From Octopus vulgaris (Eukaryota), in the NCBI GenBank assembly GCA_951406725.2, contig OX597823.1, positions 99,882,001 to 99,946,000 on the forward strand: a stretch of DNA of 64,000 nucleotides, written 5' to 3'. This document shows positions 38,572-52,642 of the stretch, piece after piece. The notes under the pieces are model-generated. The model worked only from the letters and a program-made list of their open reading frames with translations, had not been told where the DNA came from and searched no databases. How positions within the stretch are numbered: the first letter of the stretch is position 1; each line of letters starts with the position of its first letter. The position numbers and the translations under genes were made by a program.

Positions 38572-39215
38572 AGAGTCAATGTAGAAAAGACCAAAGTTCT
38601 AGAAAGTAGGAAGGGGAACTCATCACACACACCTCCAGGTAGGTAGCCCTACCCAATCTGTAGAAAAGGTGTAAATAGAAACTCCATAAGATGTACCCAG
38701 TGTAAGCTATGGACACATAAGAGGTGTAGCAACATCAAAGGAAGATTAACCGGGAAAGATAGCTTTCATGTGCGGCAGATGCACAGGGGCAATAGACACC
38801 ACAGATACTCAGAAAACAGATTCCATCACACTCTGTGGGGAGAAACTAGAAGTAGTTGATAGCTTCTGCTACCTAGGTGACCAAGTTAGTAGTAGGGGTA
38901 GATGGTCAGAGAATGTTACCACTAGAATAAGAATAGCTTTGGCAAAGTTTAGAAAGCTTCTACCCCTACTGGAGACAAAATGTCTCTCGCTCAGAGTGAA
39001 AGGTAGATTGTATGACGCATGTGTGTGAACTGCCATGCTTTATGGCAGTGAAACATGGGCTGTGACTGCTGAAGACATGTGTAGGTTCGAAAGAAATGAA
39101 GCTGGCATGATCTGCTGGATGTGAAATGTCATTGTGCACACATGGCAGTCTAAACGCCCTGAGAGAAATGATGGACATAAAAAGCATCAGATGTAGCGTG
39201 CAAGAGAGACTGCTG
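38572..39215 (+). mobile_element. Degenerate RTE LINE fragment of the same family, opposite orientation
   Basis: RVNVEKTKVL...CTQCKLWTHKRC...MCGRC...LEVVDSFCYLG...GRLYDACV with stops. Reverse-complement similar to ~37090-37725. Confidence 0.93.
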
Positions 39216-41101
39216 TGCTTACCTTTGATCATAGGGTAACCTGCTGTGCTTGAGGAGATCTATTGAGTCAAGTACATCAACATCAAAATAAAAATCAAAT
39301 GGCTGTGCTTTCTTAGCCTGTAATTTATTGATGGTAGACGTATACTGGTTTCATCAAAGACTTATTCATTGTTAATCCAGAAGTGATCATTACCTGAATA
39401 AAAAAACAATTAGATGAAGCAATCTACTAATGTTTGTTAATTTTCTTGAGATAGAAATGGTAACTTGACATTGTGACTGGAATTAGCATAAAACCTGAAT
39501 GGATGTCTGTGTCTGTGATTTTCAGTAAATAAGAAAGTAAAGCATCAAATTTTATCAGATTTAATAAAGATAGTAAAGAAAGGCTGAGAAAGTTCATCAG
39601 GAGATATGAAGCGCCAAAAGAGAAACTCTTTTTTTCTTTCTTTTGGCATCAAAATTGAACACTCAACAGTAAAAAAGGTTAATATGATTGTTAGTATGCT
39701 CCCCCTTAAAACCAAGCCTGATAATGTTTGTGTTAATAATGTTGAAGATAATTGTGATACTTGCTTTGTCTTTGTGTGTGTGTGTTAACATTCAGTTGTG
39801 ACACCATTGCGAATAAAGGAATAATATCAAAGACAAAATAGAAACAATTTCTCCCATATGGCTGACTTACAATTAAATAGCCAAGCAAGATAACCTGCAA
39901 AAAATTGTGCATGAATAGAGGAGTCATATGAAACATTGAATTAGATTTACTCCCTGAAATAAGAGGATCAGTGCAGAGTTGTGCACATAAGTATTTAAAG
40001 ATGGTGAAAATTAATGGTACCAGATGCAGCAATAAAAAAATAGCATTAAGAACTATTACAGAATAAACAAATAGTTTTTAAGAAAAGAATTCAATTGACT
40101 CAATACCATTTGTCCAGTTCTGAAGTACAGCTTCAGTACAATACACTGGAGGATAAGTAAATGTAGAAAGACTAAATAGGAACTGCCAACAACTGCAGCT
40201 CAGACAAACCCATGACAAGGGAACAGAGCCTAAGTACAAATACGTTAGCAAATTGAGCTCAGTGGATCTTGAAGAATACAAGCAAATGTAAATTGATTAA
40301 TATAAGGAACATAATTATAAACTATTTTGTGTATGTGTGTGTATGTATACAGTTAAGTATGTGTGTATGTATGTACTCTTCCTTTATTGGTGGGATCAAC
40401 AAGAAAACGTCCACCATACAGCAGAAGAAAAGTATTGTTTAATAAAAAAAGGATGTTTATTTTGAGCCTGAATCATTGCAGGATAATATACAATGTGCTA
40501 AACAAGCCCATCCAATTACTGTAGTATCTGAGCATGTAACTTATAGTAGCTCATACTTAATTCCTGTATTTATAAAGTATTTATAAGAGAACCGCAGTTC
40601 TCTTTCTGTGGAATTATTTTGTGATGCACATGGTAATCTTGGAGGCAAAATATGAATTCACTCGTCTATATAGATTTGGATGTGCTGACTATCTTCTGTT
40701 ATTTCCGATGGCGCTGGATCGGGATACAAAGGGTAGGTTCATAGCATTTGCAAATTTATAATTTATCGGATTGTGGTGCTGATGACGGGAATGAGTTTTT
40801 TATAATTCTAACCCAGAAACGCGTCCACAATTGACCAAAGACTGTTTGATTTCGTTATTTTTCTTCTTTTTTTGCCTATGTGAGTTACAAGTAATGTTAT
40901 ATGTGGAGTAATATTTGCAGTAAAAAGGAATAAGCGGTCTTTGGCTGCTATTTCTAAATTTTTGGTATACATATATATATATATATATAAACTTTTTGTA
41001 AAAGTTACTACCGATAATGGTTCTCTTTCCATACCAAAACTACTTGGTAATAATTATTAATTTTAAAATTAATAATTATTCACCCTTATATTAGTATATA
41101 A

Positions 41102-41132
<31 letters not shown>

Positions 41133-41149
41133 CATTTATATATACACAC

Positions 41150-41187
<38 letters not shown>

Positions 41188-44100
41188 ATATATAAAAGTA
41201 ATTTTAGAGACAGGACCACCTTCAACTCCATCAACACAGAAAAGTTTTATACCCAACCACTCCATAAAATGTTAAAAATTAAATCTAATACTAACTATAT
41301 CTATTCTGAGTCTTCTATTTTCCGTTTATAAGACTACACGTGTTTCATGAAAGTACGTCGGTATTGGTTAGATGCGAGGTATCTAGTTTCAATACTTACT
41401 CGGGTTGACATACTCCCAATCCTCAGGTCTGGATTCCTCTACATTTTTCACTACCCCTATCTCTTATATACTTCCATGATACTCTGTATCTTCAATATAA
41501 TCTTACTTAACATGGCTCTGCATGTGTAATGGAGTTTACGAACACACACGTGTAATGGTATTTGGGAACACACACACACACACACAGCAAGGTAGACAAA
41601 AATTATTTCTTTACTAGATTTCCAAATAAACTGCCATGTTCCTCTCCCTAGATTTAACTTCAACTTGTTTGGGTTTTTTTTATTTTTGTAAATTTTTATA
41701 GTGTATGTTTGTTTATTTTTCACTTTATTGTGAAATGTTAAAATGATGTATTTTGCTGTTTGTCAACTTGTTTTAAATAATGAAAATATTTTTCTTAAAA
41801 TAATTGTCACTTTCGGATTTTTTCGATATTTTGTCTGTATTGTAGTTATTAGTGATTGTATTTTTCTTTATTAGCCTTTATGTTGTGTTTTTCATTCCAT
41901 GTTTCATGTCGTAACAATGTGTTTGTTACATATATGTTTATTGTTGTTGGGGTTTTTTTTATCATTTATTTTAAAAGAAATTTTGTTTTCTAACTTTATG
42001 TTTGGTGTACAAATTTAGAATGTTTCACCGTAATAGATAAGACTTCCAAATGTTTACTTGTTTGTTATTATTATTATTATTAAGGCAGTGGGCTAGCAGA
42101 ATCGTTAGCACGTTGGATGAAATGCTCAGTGACAATTCTTGCAGCCCTTTATATTCTAAGTTCAAATACCACCAAAGATGAACTTTGCCTTTCACCGTTT
42201 TGTGGTTGGCCAAGTACTAGGGTTTAATACCATCAACTAACCCCATTGCCCAAAAATTCCTGGCCGATTGTTTGAAACGGTTGTTGTTGTTATTTTATGT
42301 TACATTCATGTCATGATCACCTTTATTCTTCATTCAATCAACCAAAGTTCTCTTCCTCTATTCATTAACTGCTTTGTGCCAATGGGTGAAATCCTTGGCA
42401 CCCATCATCATCATCATTATTATTATTATTATTAATTTTCATTATTCATAAATTTTGTTAGGTTTCACTTAAGTCAATAAGTTCTACCAGCATTGGAATG
42501 GTTTTAGTCTTTCAGATATTCGCCTTTTCTCTAGTGTCTCTCACATGTTATCAATGCTATCATCGTTATAATTCACTTGTCTTAATCAGAAATTGTCTAT
42601 TTTTTCCCCTTTACTTTTCCTTCATTTCTCTTTTCTCTCTTATTTACCTTTCTCTTTTTTGTTTTTCATAAAAGAAAGAGGGATTCAACTTTTCACTTAT
42701 TAATTTTCATAGCAATTACAAAGATTGAAAATTGACTTATTTACATCAACACCTCTTTTAATTCAGGAATAGAATACAGTTTATGTGTTACAAACGCTTC
42801 TTCCATACATCCTGCATTTCGTAATTTGTTTCTTCCTTTCTAAAATGTCCTCTGCTACTAATTAACTACGTATAAGTGTCTGTGCATAGCCATTCTTTCC
42901 AGAATGATCTAGTTTAACATTGCATCTTTGAAGGCTGAGATGTCTTTATAAATCTGCCATCATAATATCTCTTGTATGTTCTCAAAGGACACTTGCTTAC
43001 ACCCCCACTCTCTCTCTCAGAAATTGTTGAACATTTGGGTGCCTAATACTCTTCTGGAATGGATACTTTAGTGTCATGGCAAATCTCTTACACACACGCA
43101 CGCACACCCACACACATATATGATATGTATTTCAGATATATATATATATATTTAAAGGTCTGTATAGAATTTGCATTTACATGCCTGTTTGTGAACACAC
43201 ATTAACAATAGAAATTCTTTTTTAAATCACCTATTTCCATTTTTTCCAAATATTAATAAGATCGTTAATTCATTAATGGATTATCAAAGGAAACAATTCT
43301 ATTTTGGTATCATTTAAACATGGGATTCTTAATCAAACTAAAACTAAATTAGATTAACACAACGAAACACTGTGTCAGTAGAATTACATATGAAAACACT
43401 GAATTTCTCATTGTTTTATTGTAGTGACAACCTACGGCTCTTGAATCATTCCTAAACTGTTCCAACTGTAAGATTTTCAAAGGGATGTTACACAATTGCT
43501 CTCTTTTGTTAGGTTCGTATCAGAACTCTAATAGCATTATACAACAGCAACGCCTTTCTCTATAAACTATTACTTTGTACAAAATGGAACTGGATGAATA
43601 GAAGCCTCATCAGCAGAGAGAGAGAGAGAGAGAGAAATTATTACTGCTGTTTGGCACTTTGAGCAGCTCTACATGTTGGACTACATCTTAGTTAGATATC
43701 TATTCATAACAGCTAACCTATCTGAAATGTATTTCATTTATATCATCATAGTATACATCTATTAAATCGTTGAATAAATCACGTTTTTTTGTCCAAAAAG
43801 GGACCATATTGCTCCATTGCAGTTTCTGGACTCCCTCCCTACTTATTTATCATTAATTCCTTTTTTTTTTTTTTTTTTCAACTGCTGTTATTTTCATTCA
43901 TTAATGAACATTCAGATATCTGACAATAAGTGTGAAAACTGACATAATCATCAGATGTTTTTTTGTCCTGGTGCACTGTAATGTTGATTCAAAATAGTGT
44001 CAGACATCCAGCTCCTATGGCGTTCATATATTTGGTAATGAAACGGGAATCTATTAATCGGTCTTTGCTCATGAGATTACTGTGTTGCTTTGTTGACCTT

Positions 44101-44355
44101 ATGTTCCAGCCTTTCTATTGTCTTCCTGACAATGTATTCCATTCTTCCATCCTAGACAATCTTCTGCAGTAAGAAGAGTATCCAACTGTAAAAAAAAAGA
44201 AAAAAAAAACTGTAAACATGTCCCTAAATTTGCAAAACTAGCTAACCCAGATCATTATAGGAAATTGGGGGTAAAACAGCTCTCTTTGCTTCTCAATCAT
44301 TTTGTTCCCTTTTCTTCTTTCAAATAAATTTCCCTTCATAAAGTTAGTGATAGTA

Positions 44356-44393
<38 letters not shown>

Positions 44394-44945
44394 CACACAC
44401 ACACACACACACTCACTTTTATATTATTGGGTACTTTTTCCAAATATGTATATGAAACTATATAAACACACACACATACACACACCCATATATGCATGGT
44501 GTATGTAGTGAATGCAGCATGAAAACATGGATGTAAAATGCTGATGATATCTATCTCGTCTATCTACCTGTATGTGTGTGCGTGCATGTGTTTATATGTG
44601 CACATTTACACACGAATACATGACTAACCAGTTCAGGTCACTTTTCTTATTAATACGCACACACACACTAACATACACACACACACATACATCATTGATT
44701 AATATTATTATAAGGCATTTCTTTATTTTTTGTTTCATTGATTGATTTTTTTTTTAAATTCCTTATTTTCTACACCAATTCTGTAGGGATTGATTCTGCA
44801 TGATCTTGTTTTTGTCTTTTACTGCTGCTTGAAGACTGCAAATAATTTTTGTTCTCATTTTTTATCTTGTGAGCATGTTTTGTTTCTGTTTTTCTTTTCT
44901 TTTTTTTTTTTTTACTAATTTAAACTGTATAAACTGATGTGTATA

Positions 44946-44994
<49 letters not shown>

Positions 44995-47900
44995 GATTTT
45001 GATCAAATATCATTTCAGCTAAGCACAAATATTGTTTGATTTATAAATCAAAACCTGTTGTAGTGTCAATTAAGTCTTTGTTTAATAAAACAAATAATAA
45101 TCTCATTTGATTAGTAGTAGCACAAACTAAGATAGTCTTTTAATGAAGACCTTAATCACCTGTATAGTTTTCCATGTTAATTATTCTCAAATCATTAGTG
45201 CAGTGTTTTGTGAATTTATTGAAAATCTTAAATTTACATATTTTCTGCTTTGTATATTTGTTGAGCAAGAAACATCTGGAGTGTGTGTGTGTGTGCATGC
45301 ATGTATTACTTGTAGCTAAATTTCAATAGGTTGGTTTTTAAAGTGGCAGAGAATGTCGAAAACTTAATTTTGAAAGTTCACAAAAAATGTGCCATTCAAA
45401 AACGAGTTCTAAAGTGTTTCAAGATATTACTTAAATGCCAAATATATAACTAAATGAGTAATGTGTTTGGTCTAGATGTTGCCAGCAGACGTACAAGGCT
45501 GCCATTATGTGAGCTTTCTCAAAGGTGGCTGACTTGATCCTCAGTAAAACAAGGTATTGTAACGGCCAAACAGGGTAGCATTGGGCTCAGGACCTTAATG
45601 CTCATGAAATGAAAAAGCAAACGAAATGCTTTCTAATGAATGTGAATTTTTTTAAAGAAAAACTCAAGAAGAGAAACACACATTCTTTTGTTTTGAGAGT
45701 TTTCCTCAATGTATCTTTTATGGTTTGTATATTCTGAAGGAAAACCAAGACCAAATAAGTAGATACTTATTTCGATTATAGAGTTAAAAAGAAAACTCTT
45801 TCTAATGTAAAGAGACAGATTTTCCTAAAAGAGAGCTTGATACTGGCCATTACTGTGGCTGCTTAGTGTCTCACAAATAGATAGGAAGATATTGACTTCA
45901 TTGTGGAATATACAGAGAGTAGGTTGAGGTGGGGTGAAAAGAAGGAAGCATTTCACATGACTACTTCAGTCACTGGAATAGGAATAAGAATGGCTTTGAA
46001 AGAATTTATCCCAAGTAAAACCATCAGAACTTCTTGTTGAAGAAATCAAATGGTTAGGGAAGCAAATGGAGGACAGAATAATAAAAGAGAAAGCTGCAAT
46101 TCTTTCAAGTATTGTTGAAAATGTGTTTTATGCATCAAGTTGGGTTTAGTATTGCATAACTCATTTGCTTCGTTAAGCATTTGATAAAAATTCAATTCTT
46201 GTAGTCAGCACAAATAATGTCTGCAGAAAATATGCACCACTGAGATCTCTGGCATACTGATAAGAAAGCAGAATTTTAGATGTACAAGATATGTTGGTTT
46301 GCTTGGCAGAAAGAGCAGCTATAAAAGGAAGATGGAATGTTCAGATAATTTGCTTAAAGTATTTCTCTTTCCTCAGTAACATTACTAACACTGAAAGCAA
46401 ATCAGTTAAAACACAGAGAGGGTGGTAACAATGCTAGATTGGAAATGTTTTTTAAATCTTGCCTCCAAATTTTAATAAATACAATACCAAGCAGAAGACT
46501 GAATATATCCAAGTTCTGATGAGAGAATTTTTTTGAAATGTGTGTATTTCAGACAATGATCTACCAGTAAAATACTTTAAATTTCTCTCTCACACACACA
46601 CATTCACACACACACACACACACACGCACGCACGCATGCACACACACGCACACTCACACTCACACACACACACACTCACACACACACACTCACACACTCA
46701 CTCACTCACGCACACACACTCACACACATTCACACACACATTCACACAAGCACAAACACACATGTAAAGCACACCTCTGATCTTTCAGATGTTCTTTTGC
46801 GAATGCAGATGTTGCTTCAAGTAACTGGTAAAGTGTTTCCTTATTTCGTAGTTTGTGGGGTCTGTTCAGAGTGCTCAAAGCAGGTCATGTGACTGGAAAT
46901 GCTGGAGGTCCTAAGTTCAGTTGCTTGGTTTGAGATGTAGAAAAGGTTGGAAATTCTCCATTAGGCATGCCAATCTGTAGTGATAACACTTTGTATTTTC
47001 TGTTGAAGCATAGTGTGCTGGTTCAGTATCTGGAAGTTTTCAGATAGGCAATGACTACAATTATGTGACCAAATCAAATATGGACGAGCTCTATCAATAA
47101 CAAAATAGGTTATAGTGGGGTGATGGTGTCCTTAATTCTTGTGTTTCTAGATATATCAGGACAGGGAAGCAGAATTTCTTGTTGTTAAGGCTAAAGTAAT
47201 TGATTGTTATGTTGCTTGAAGTTATTAATGGTGAGTGCCATATTGTTCCTCTGGATTAGGTAGTGTGACTGATGCTTGGTGTACCTTCCTGTTGGAGAGG
47301 TAATGTCCCATGAGTGGACAAGTGGGTTGATTTTGACAGTTGCAAGGTGACTGTTGGGGTGTTAACATATGTTTTTAAGTGAGGCATTTGGTGGTGCAGA
47401 CAGTCTAGGCCAGAATAGTATGCATTAAATAACTTATGGTATTTGTATTTTAGTGGTACCATACAAAAGATACAAATATGTAGAGAAGACATAAGGGAGG
47501 GTGAGGGGGAGTGTCTTCTTAAGAGTAATTTTTCTCTATGATTAGCTGTGTCTTTTCTTTTCTTTTCCCATTTTGATGCATTTCAGATAATCCCAGTATA
47601 CAGTTATTGGTCCACACATACCTATTTACATATCTGTACACATTGGTAAACACATGTAAAAATGTAAAAAAGTTATGGACATGTGAAAAATATGGGTGAA
47701 AACACCAGATGTTTTTTTGTGTTAGATTTTTGAAAAGTTTAATAACACACATGACTGGTTTAATTCAATGCTGCTTCAATTGTGTATACGGGATTTTTAT
47801 GCAGCCCGATGGCTATTTGCCTTAGCAATGGATGTATTATTCATTATTCCCTTTATATCAAAAGTGATAAATCTTGTCTTGGCATGTGGCTGCAAGTACA

Positions 47901-48452
47901 CATCATTGACAAAGCCTGTGTATGCTGGAAATGCATCTGGTATTCTCATTAACTGCTACCAGGATGATTTTTCATTTGCCTCTGATATGTATTGTGTTTT
48001 TAACACAGCATATTTTTAAGAGATTTGATCTTGAGTGAAAACTACAGTCTTTCCTACCAGTAACGTTGTGTATGATGCACTGATGGCTATTTTGTTTAAA
48101 AGAAGAAAACTAAGGAGTATTAGTGAAGTGTCTCTGTCTTTACTGTGAATTTCTCTTTTCAATAAATTTGGGTTTAAGTCATCTCTGAATTTAAAATCAC
48201 ACCAAATTTGTGATTTCATTGAGTTTTTTTTCTAATGTTTTTATTGTTTATCATAATTTCTGGATAAATAGAAAATATCTGCAATGTTACTTCTCTACGC
48301 TTCTTTAAAAAAATTTTGTGGGGGGAAATGAATGTCAGCAATATCATCTAATTTCTGTCTCAGTGTGAGCTAAGAATTCATTGTATTTATTTCTTTGTTA
48401 TCTATTTAAAGTGAAGTAGAACTCTGTTGAAACAGGGAAATTATTTGTTTGA

Positions 48453-48651
48453 ACCCTTTTCATACCAACCTGCCTAATACTGCCCCTGGTTCTTTGATAT
48501 GGACTTCCCATTTTCCAGTGATCTAAGTTAAATCTTTCCATCAAAATTCCATGTTAATTAATGTTCTAAGTACTAGCTATATTGTTTGTTATTTCCAAAA
48601 TTAATTGAAGGAAATTCAGTGTATTTCAACTGAAATTTGGTAACAAAAGAG
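48453..48651 (+). mobile_element. ~200 bp piggyBac-type MITE family (related copies near 4742-4930, 9405-9573, 22520-22725, 48860-49050)
   Basis: Ends CCCTTTTCATACC ... GGTAACAAAAGAG followed by TTAA. The right end resembles that of the 1.1 kb piggyBac elements. Recurrent diverged copies. Confidence 0.7.
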
Positions 48652-49672
48652 TTAATGTATAACATTTCTAACCTAAGTTGGGGTGGAATTCTACCATGAA
48701 ATTCTAAAGAAATTACAGATTAAGCTGTCTAATAAATAAAAATAAATCCAAAATGTAAAAGTAAGACATAACTTTATGGTTCATTGATTTAGTCATGTAA
48801 ATTATTTGAGCCATCTGTCTTCATTGGTTCATTGAGTTGTAAATTAATTTTTTGATGCCAAATACTCTGGTTCTATAAAAACTAAAATTCCTGTTTCAAC
48901 ACTATCTAAATTAAAATCTTGCATCAAAATATAAAGTTAATTTTCGTTCCAAACTTCAGTTTTATAAATCAAATGGTTGCTGTAGGCTACATATTTTTCA
49001 AAATTAATTGAAATAGAGGCAGTGTATTTTAATGATATGGTAACAAAATGGCTAAGCCTGTATACAAATAAATCTCTCTTTGAAAATAGACCTTGCCTAT
49101 TTCAGATCAACTTTTTTAGGCAAAGATACTTTTAAACAGAATAATAATTTGCAAATATCTAGAAATAAGTAACATGCTCAAAGACTAAGAGGATGCCTGT
49201 ATAGACTGTTTATGATCGAAAGATAATATTCTGCCATTTAGTATATTCAGATATTAAAATTCTTTATTCTACTAAAGTTGTTTCATCCTTAACTATTTAA
49301 AGATGGAATTAGCACATGAATAAAATTCAGTTTCTATTTAAAAGTAGTTTTGATAACTAAGTCATCATTTGTGATCTACTAACAACACTAGGAGAGTTAA
49401 ACCACCACATTTCAATCTGTTTTGTATTATGACAATTAGCTTCTATTTTTATGATTTTTCTTCATTTTTTTTTAACCACAAAGACTATATTGTGAGTACA
49501 CCTGTCCATAACAAGTTTATACTTTACTTTTTTACTCACTTAAAGCTTTTTTAAAAAGAAAATCCATGAAAATTTCAATGTTTTTAATGTAGTAATATAG
49601 TTTAATTCATAATGAAAAAATAAAATCCATGTGTTGTTTCTTCCTCTAAAAGATGCCCTTGTATCTTTTTAG

Positions 49673-49773
49673 TAGATTCCTCCATATGTAACAGTAACCC
49701 AGACTCAGGCCCAAATTCTCCACCAAGTGGTACACTTCCAAATGGAAGCCTAACATCCCTCCAATCAAAAGAG
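49673..49773 (+). CDS. HDAC4: Class IIa HDAC exon E (SGPNSP motif)
   Basis: ttttag|TA GAT...GAG|gtaaat. (I)DSSICNSNPDSGPNSPPSGTLPNGSLTSLQSKE, cf. human DSACSSAPGSGPSSP. Phase 1 to 0. A tandem TAGTAG acceptor makes the start 49673 or 49676. Confidence 0.92.
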
Positions 49774-49912
49774 GTAAATATTTCTGGTATTCTCTCTCTC
49801 TCTCTCTTTTGCTCTTTACACTTTTTTATTGAAATATGTTTGTATCTATATATGTGTATGTATGTATGTATGTATGTATATATATATAATGTATATAATG
49901 TATATATATATA

Positions 49913-50312
49913 GGTGCAGGAGTGGCTGTGTGGTAAGTAGCTTGCTGACCTACCACATGGTTCCAGGTTCAGTCCCACTGCATGGCATCTTGGGCAAGTG
50001 TCTTCTGCTATAGCCCCGTGCCGACCAATGCCTTGTGAGTGGATTTGGTAGACGGAAACTGAAAGAAGCCTGTCGTATATATATATGTGTGTGTGTGTAT
50101 GTGTTTGTGTGTCTGTGTTTGTCCCCCTAGCATTGCTTGATAACCAATGCTGGTGTGTTTAAATCCCCGTCACTTAGCGGTTTGGCAAAAGAGACCGATA
50201 GAATAAGTACTGGGCTTACAAAGAATAAGTCCCGGGGTCGATTTGCTCGACTGAAGGCGGTACTCCAGCATGGTCGCAGTAAAATGATTGAAACAAGTAA
50301 AAGAGTAAAGAG
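49913..50312 (+). mobile_element. Near full-length tRNA-derived SINE
   Basis: A-box TGGCTGTGTGG, B-box GGTTCAGTCCC, internal (TA)/(TG) tract. The head recurs at ~2862, 4925, 5730, 31855, 50955 and 55560 (+), and ~15840-15960 and 31220-31350 (-). Confidence 0.88.
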
Positions 50313-50954
50313 TATGTATTCGTGCTTTTATGATAGTTTAATGAGGCATATTTATAATATATGCCATGTATCTCCAAGCAATCTTTCAAGTTTTGTTTAT
50401 GCATTAGATATATTTTAAAAACAAGGATACTGAGTGGTGAGAAAATAATTAAAAAAAAGTGACAAAGGTTGACGCAAAAAAATGGAATGAAGAGAACGAA
50501 ACAAAAGCAAGAAAGCTAAGATCCCTGTCCCCCCTGATTGCAGAAGCCACAAATGATGCAGCTGCTATAGAACAAAATAAGAGAAAATCTGTCAAAGTCT
50601 GCAAGAGAGTGACTTGATCTGCAGTTAGTGGTATGGCTTAGATTTCTCCCCTTGACTGTATGCAGTGTGCAGTTGATCTTCATACTTCATGCATGACTAG
50701 CCAACTTGCATTACTTTTGTCAATATACTAGAAAGAAGATAAATGGTTTGCACAACGTTTCTTGAAACCACCTTTGCTTTAACCCAATGTAATTCTTCTT
50801 TGCAATTATCTTGAAACATTGCTGTTACTTCCACCTTGAATATGACAGGGTTTATCATGCTTGGTCAATTGGACAAGCTTCCAGATCTCAACACTTTACA
50901 ACTGGGAGTGGACCATTGGTGACTATATACATATATATATATATAGTGTGTGTG

Positions 50955-51425
50955 CAGGCATGATTGTATGGTTAAGAAGTTTGCTGTTCAACCATGTGGT
51001 TCCAGCTTCAGTCCCACTGCGTAGCACTTTGGGCAAGTGTCCTCTGCTGTATGGCCCAGGGGCAACCAACATCTGCCTTGTGAGTAGATTTGGTAGATGG
51101 AAACTGCAAGAAGTCCATCTTTTAATACAAATGTACACACACATTTATGCATACACATGTATTATACATGTGAGTGTGTGTGTGTGTGTGTCAGTGTTTG
51201 TCCCTTCACATTGATGTCACCCAATAAATGAACCTCACCATCATATAAGTGGTGTCCTTCATTTCCAATCTTCCATGAAAACCTGCCCAAGTATGAGGAA
51301 ACATTCCCCTGCTTGAAACAAGTGATGGTTGGTGATAGGAAGGGCATCCAGTCATAGAAAATCGGCCTCTAACAATTCCATGCGAGTATGGAGAAGTGAA
51401 GATTAAAACAATGTTGACAGTGAAG
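50955..51425 (+). mobile_element. tRNA-derived SINE with RTE-like 3' tail (also 4925-5350, 55560-56000)
   Basis: Same head as 49913 but a different body, ending in GGAAGGGCATCCAG...CCATGC..CATGGA...(GAT)n-like sequence similar to the 3' end of the RTE at 36511-36650. Confidence 0.8.
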
Positions 51426-52519
51426 ATATATGACCCGGTAGATAAGCTTGTAAGTTCCATTCCTGCACCGCTCGTGCGCTGTGTTGTTGAGCAAGGCAGT
51501 CTAGTCACTAATCCACTGCTGGTGGAAATGCCTCTGCCTCCAGCTGTCAAATCTGCAATATTCCACTGGTTCAAAGGGTTATTGCAGGGATACAATATCA
51601 AAGACAGGTTGAAATTTGAATAGCTTATCTTTCAAATACTTCCATCCTTTAAATTCTCCTTTCATTGAATATTCTACTTCTTTTTCTTTTCGAATGCTGA
51701 AGAGACGGACTTCTTTGTATGTTGAGATTAGACTGAAAAAGTAAAAGCAAAGGGAGGTAAATCTGTGCCTGCTATCGGGATATGTTTGTATTTTATGTTG
51801 CTGAATCGTACAAACAAACAAACAAACACACACACACACACGTGCCCTAACAATAAAACGCAAGCACATTAACTCACATTATATAGAAATATGTTCTTCA
51901 ACCATCCATTTTCCAAAATTCTAAAAAAATAATATTCTTATCAGCTATTTTTCTTGCTTGACTTTTAGTTGACTTTTGTCTTTCCTTCGTTATATCTCTT
52001 TACCTAATCACTATCCTTTCCCTGCTTTTAAAATTATTTTTCTGACACTTAAATTCATTTATTAGGTTTTTATTTTTAATAAAATCAAACTTCCTTCTAT
52101 TCAGGATTTTAGAAGTAACAATAATTCATTTTTGCTATATAAACATCATAAAGTTTTTTTCTTTCATTGGTTGAATAAGCTGACAGATAAAACTTAAAGT
52201 TTGGGTCATCATGAAATTTACAATAAATTTGCCTCTACTTAATCTTCATATGTGTGTATATGCTCCTGTTGCTTAAATGTTTGTGGTTTAAATTATCTAT
52301 GAATTACATAATACTGTTGACATTTTTAACAGCTTCAACAAACATTGTTTGATAAAAGAGACAAATGTCTGTAGAAATAGATAATCGAACTGTTAAGTGT
52401 TAATTCCTTGTTTTGTGGAAGCCTGAAAGAGTTTGACAACAACAACAACAACAGCAACACTTCCTCTGCCTTCTAAACACCCTCCATGTAACTAATTATA
52501 AATTTCCATTATATTCCAG

Positions 52520-52642
52520 GATAATGGTTCCTATCCTTTCCAGATATATAAAAGCAGTATTGTTCAACAAGGAGCAGATATAAGTTTGTATACGTCGCCT
52601 TCCATGCCAAACATTTCCCTTGGACGACCTCCAACCTCTACT
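52520..52642 (+). CDS. HDAC4: Class IIa HDAC exon F (LYTSPSMPNISLG motif)
   Basis: ttccag|GAT...ACT|gtaagt. DNGSYPFQIYKSSIVQQGADISLYTSPSMPNISLGRPPTST, cf. human LYTSPSLPNITLG. Phase 0 to 0. Confidence 0.94.
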
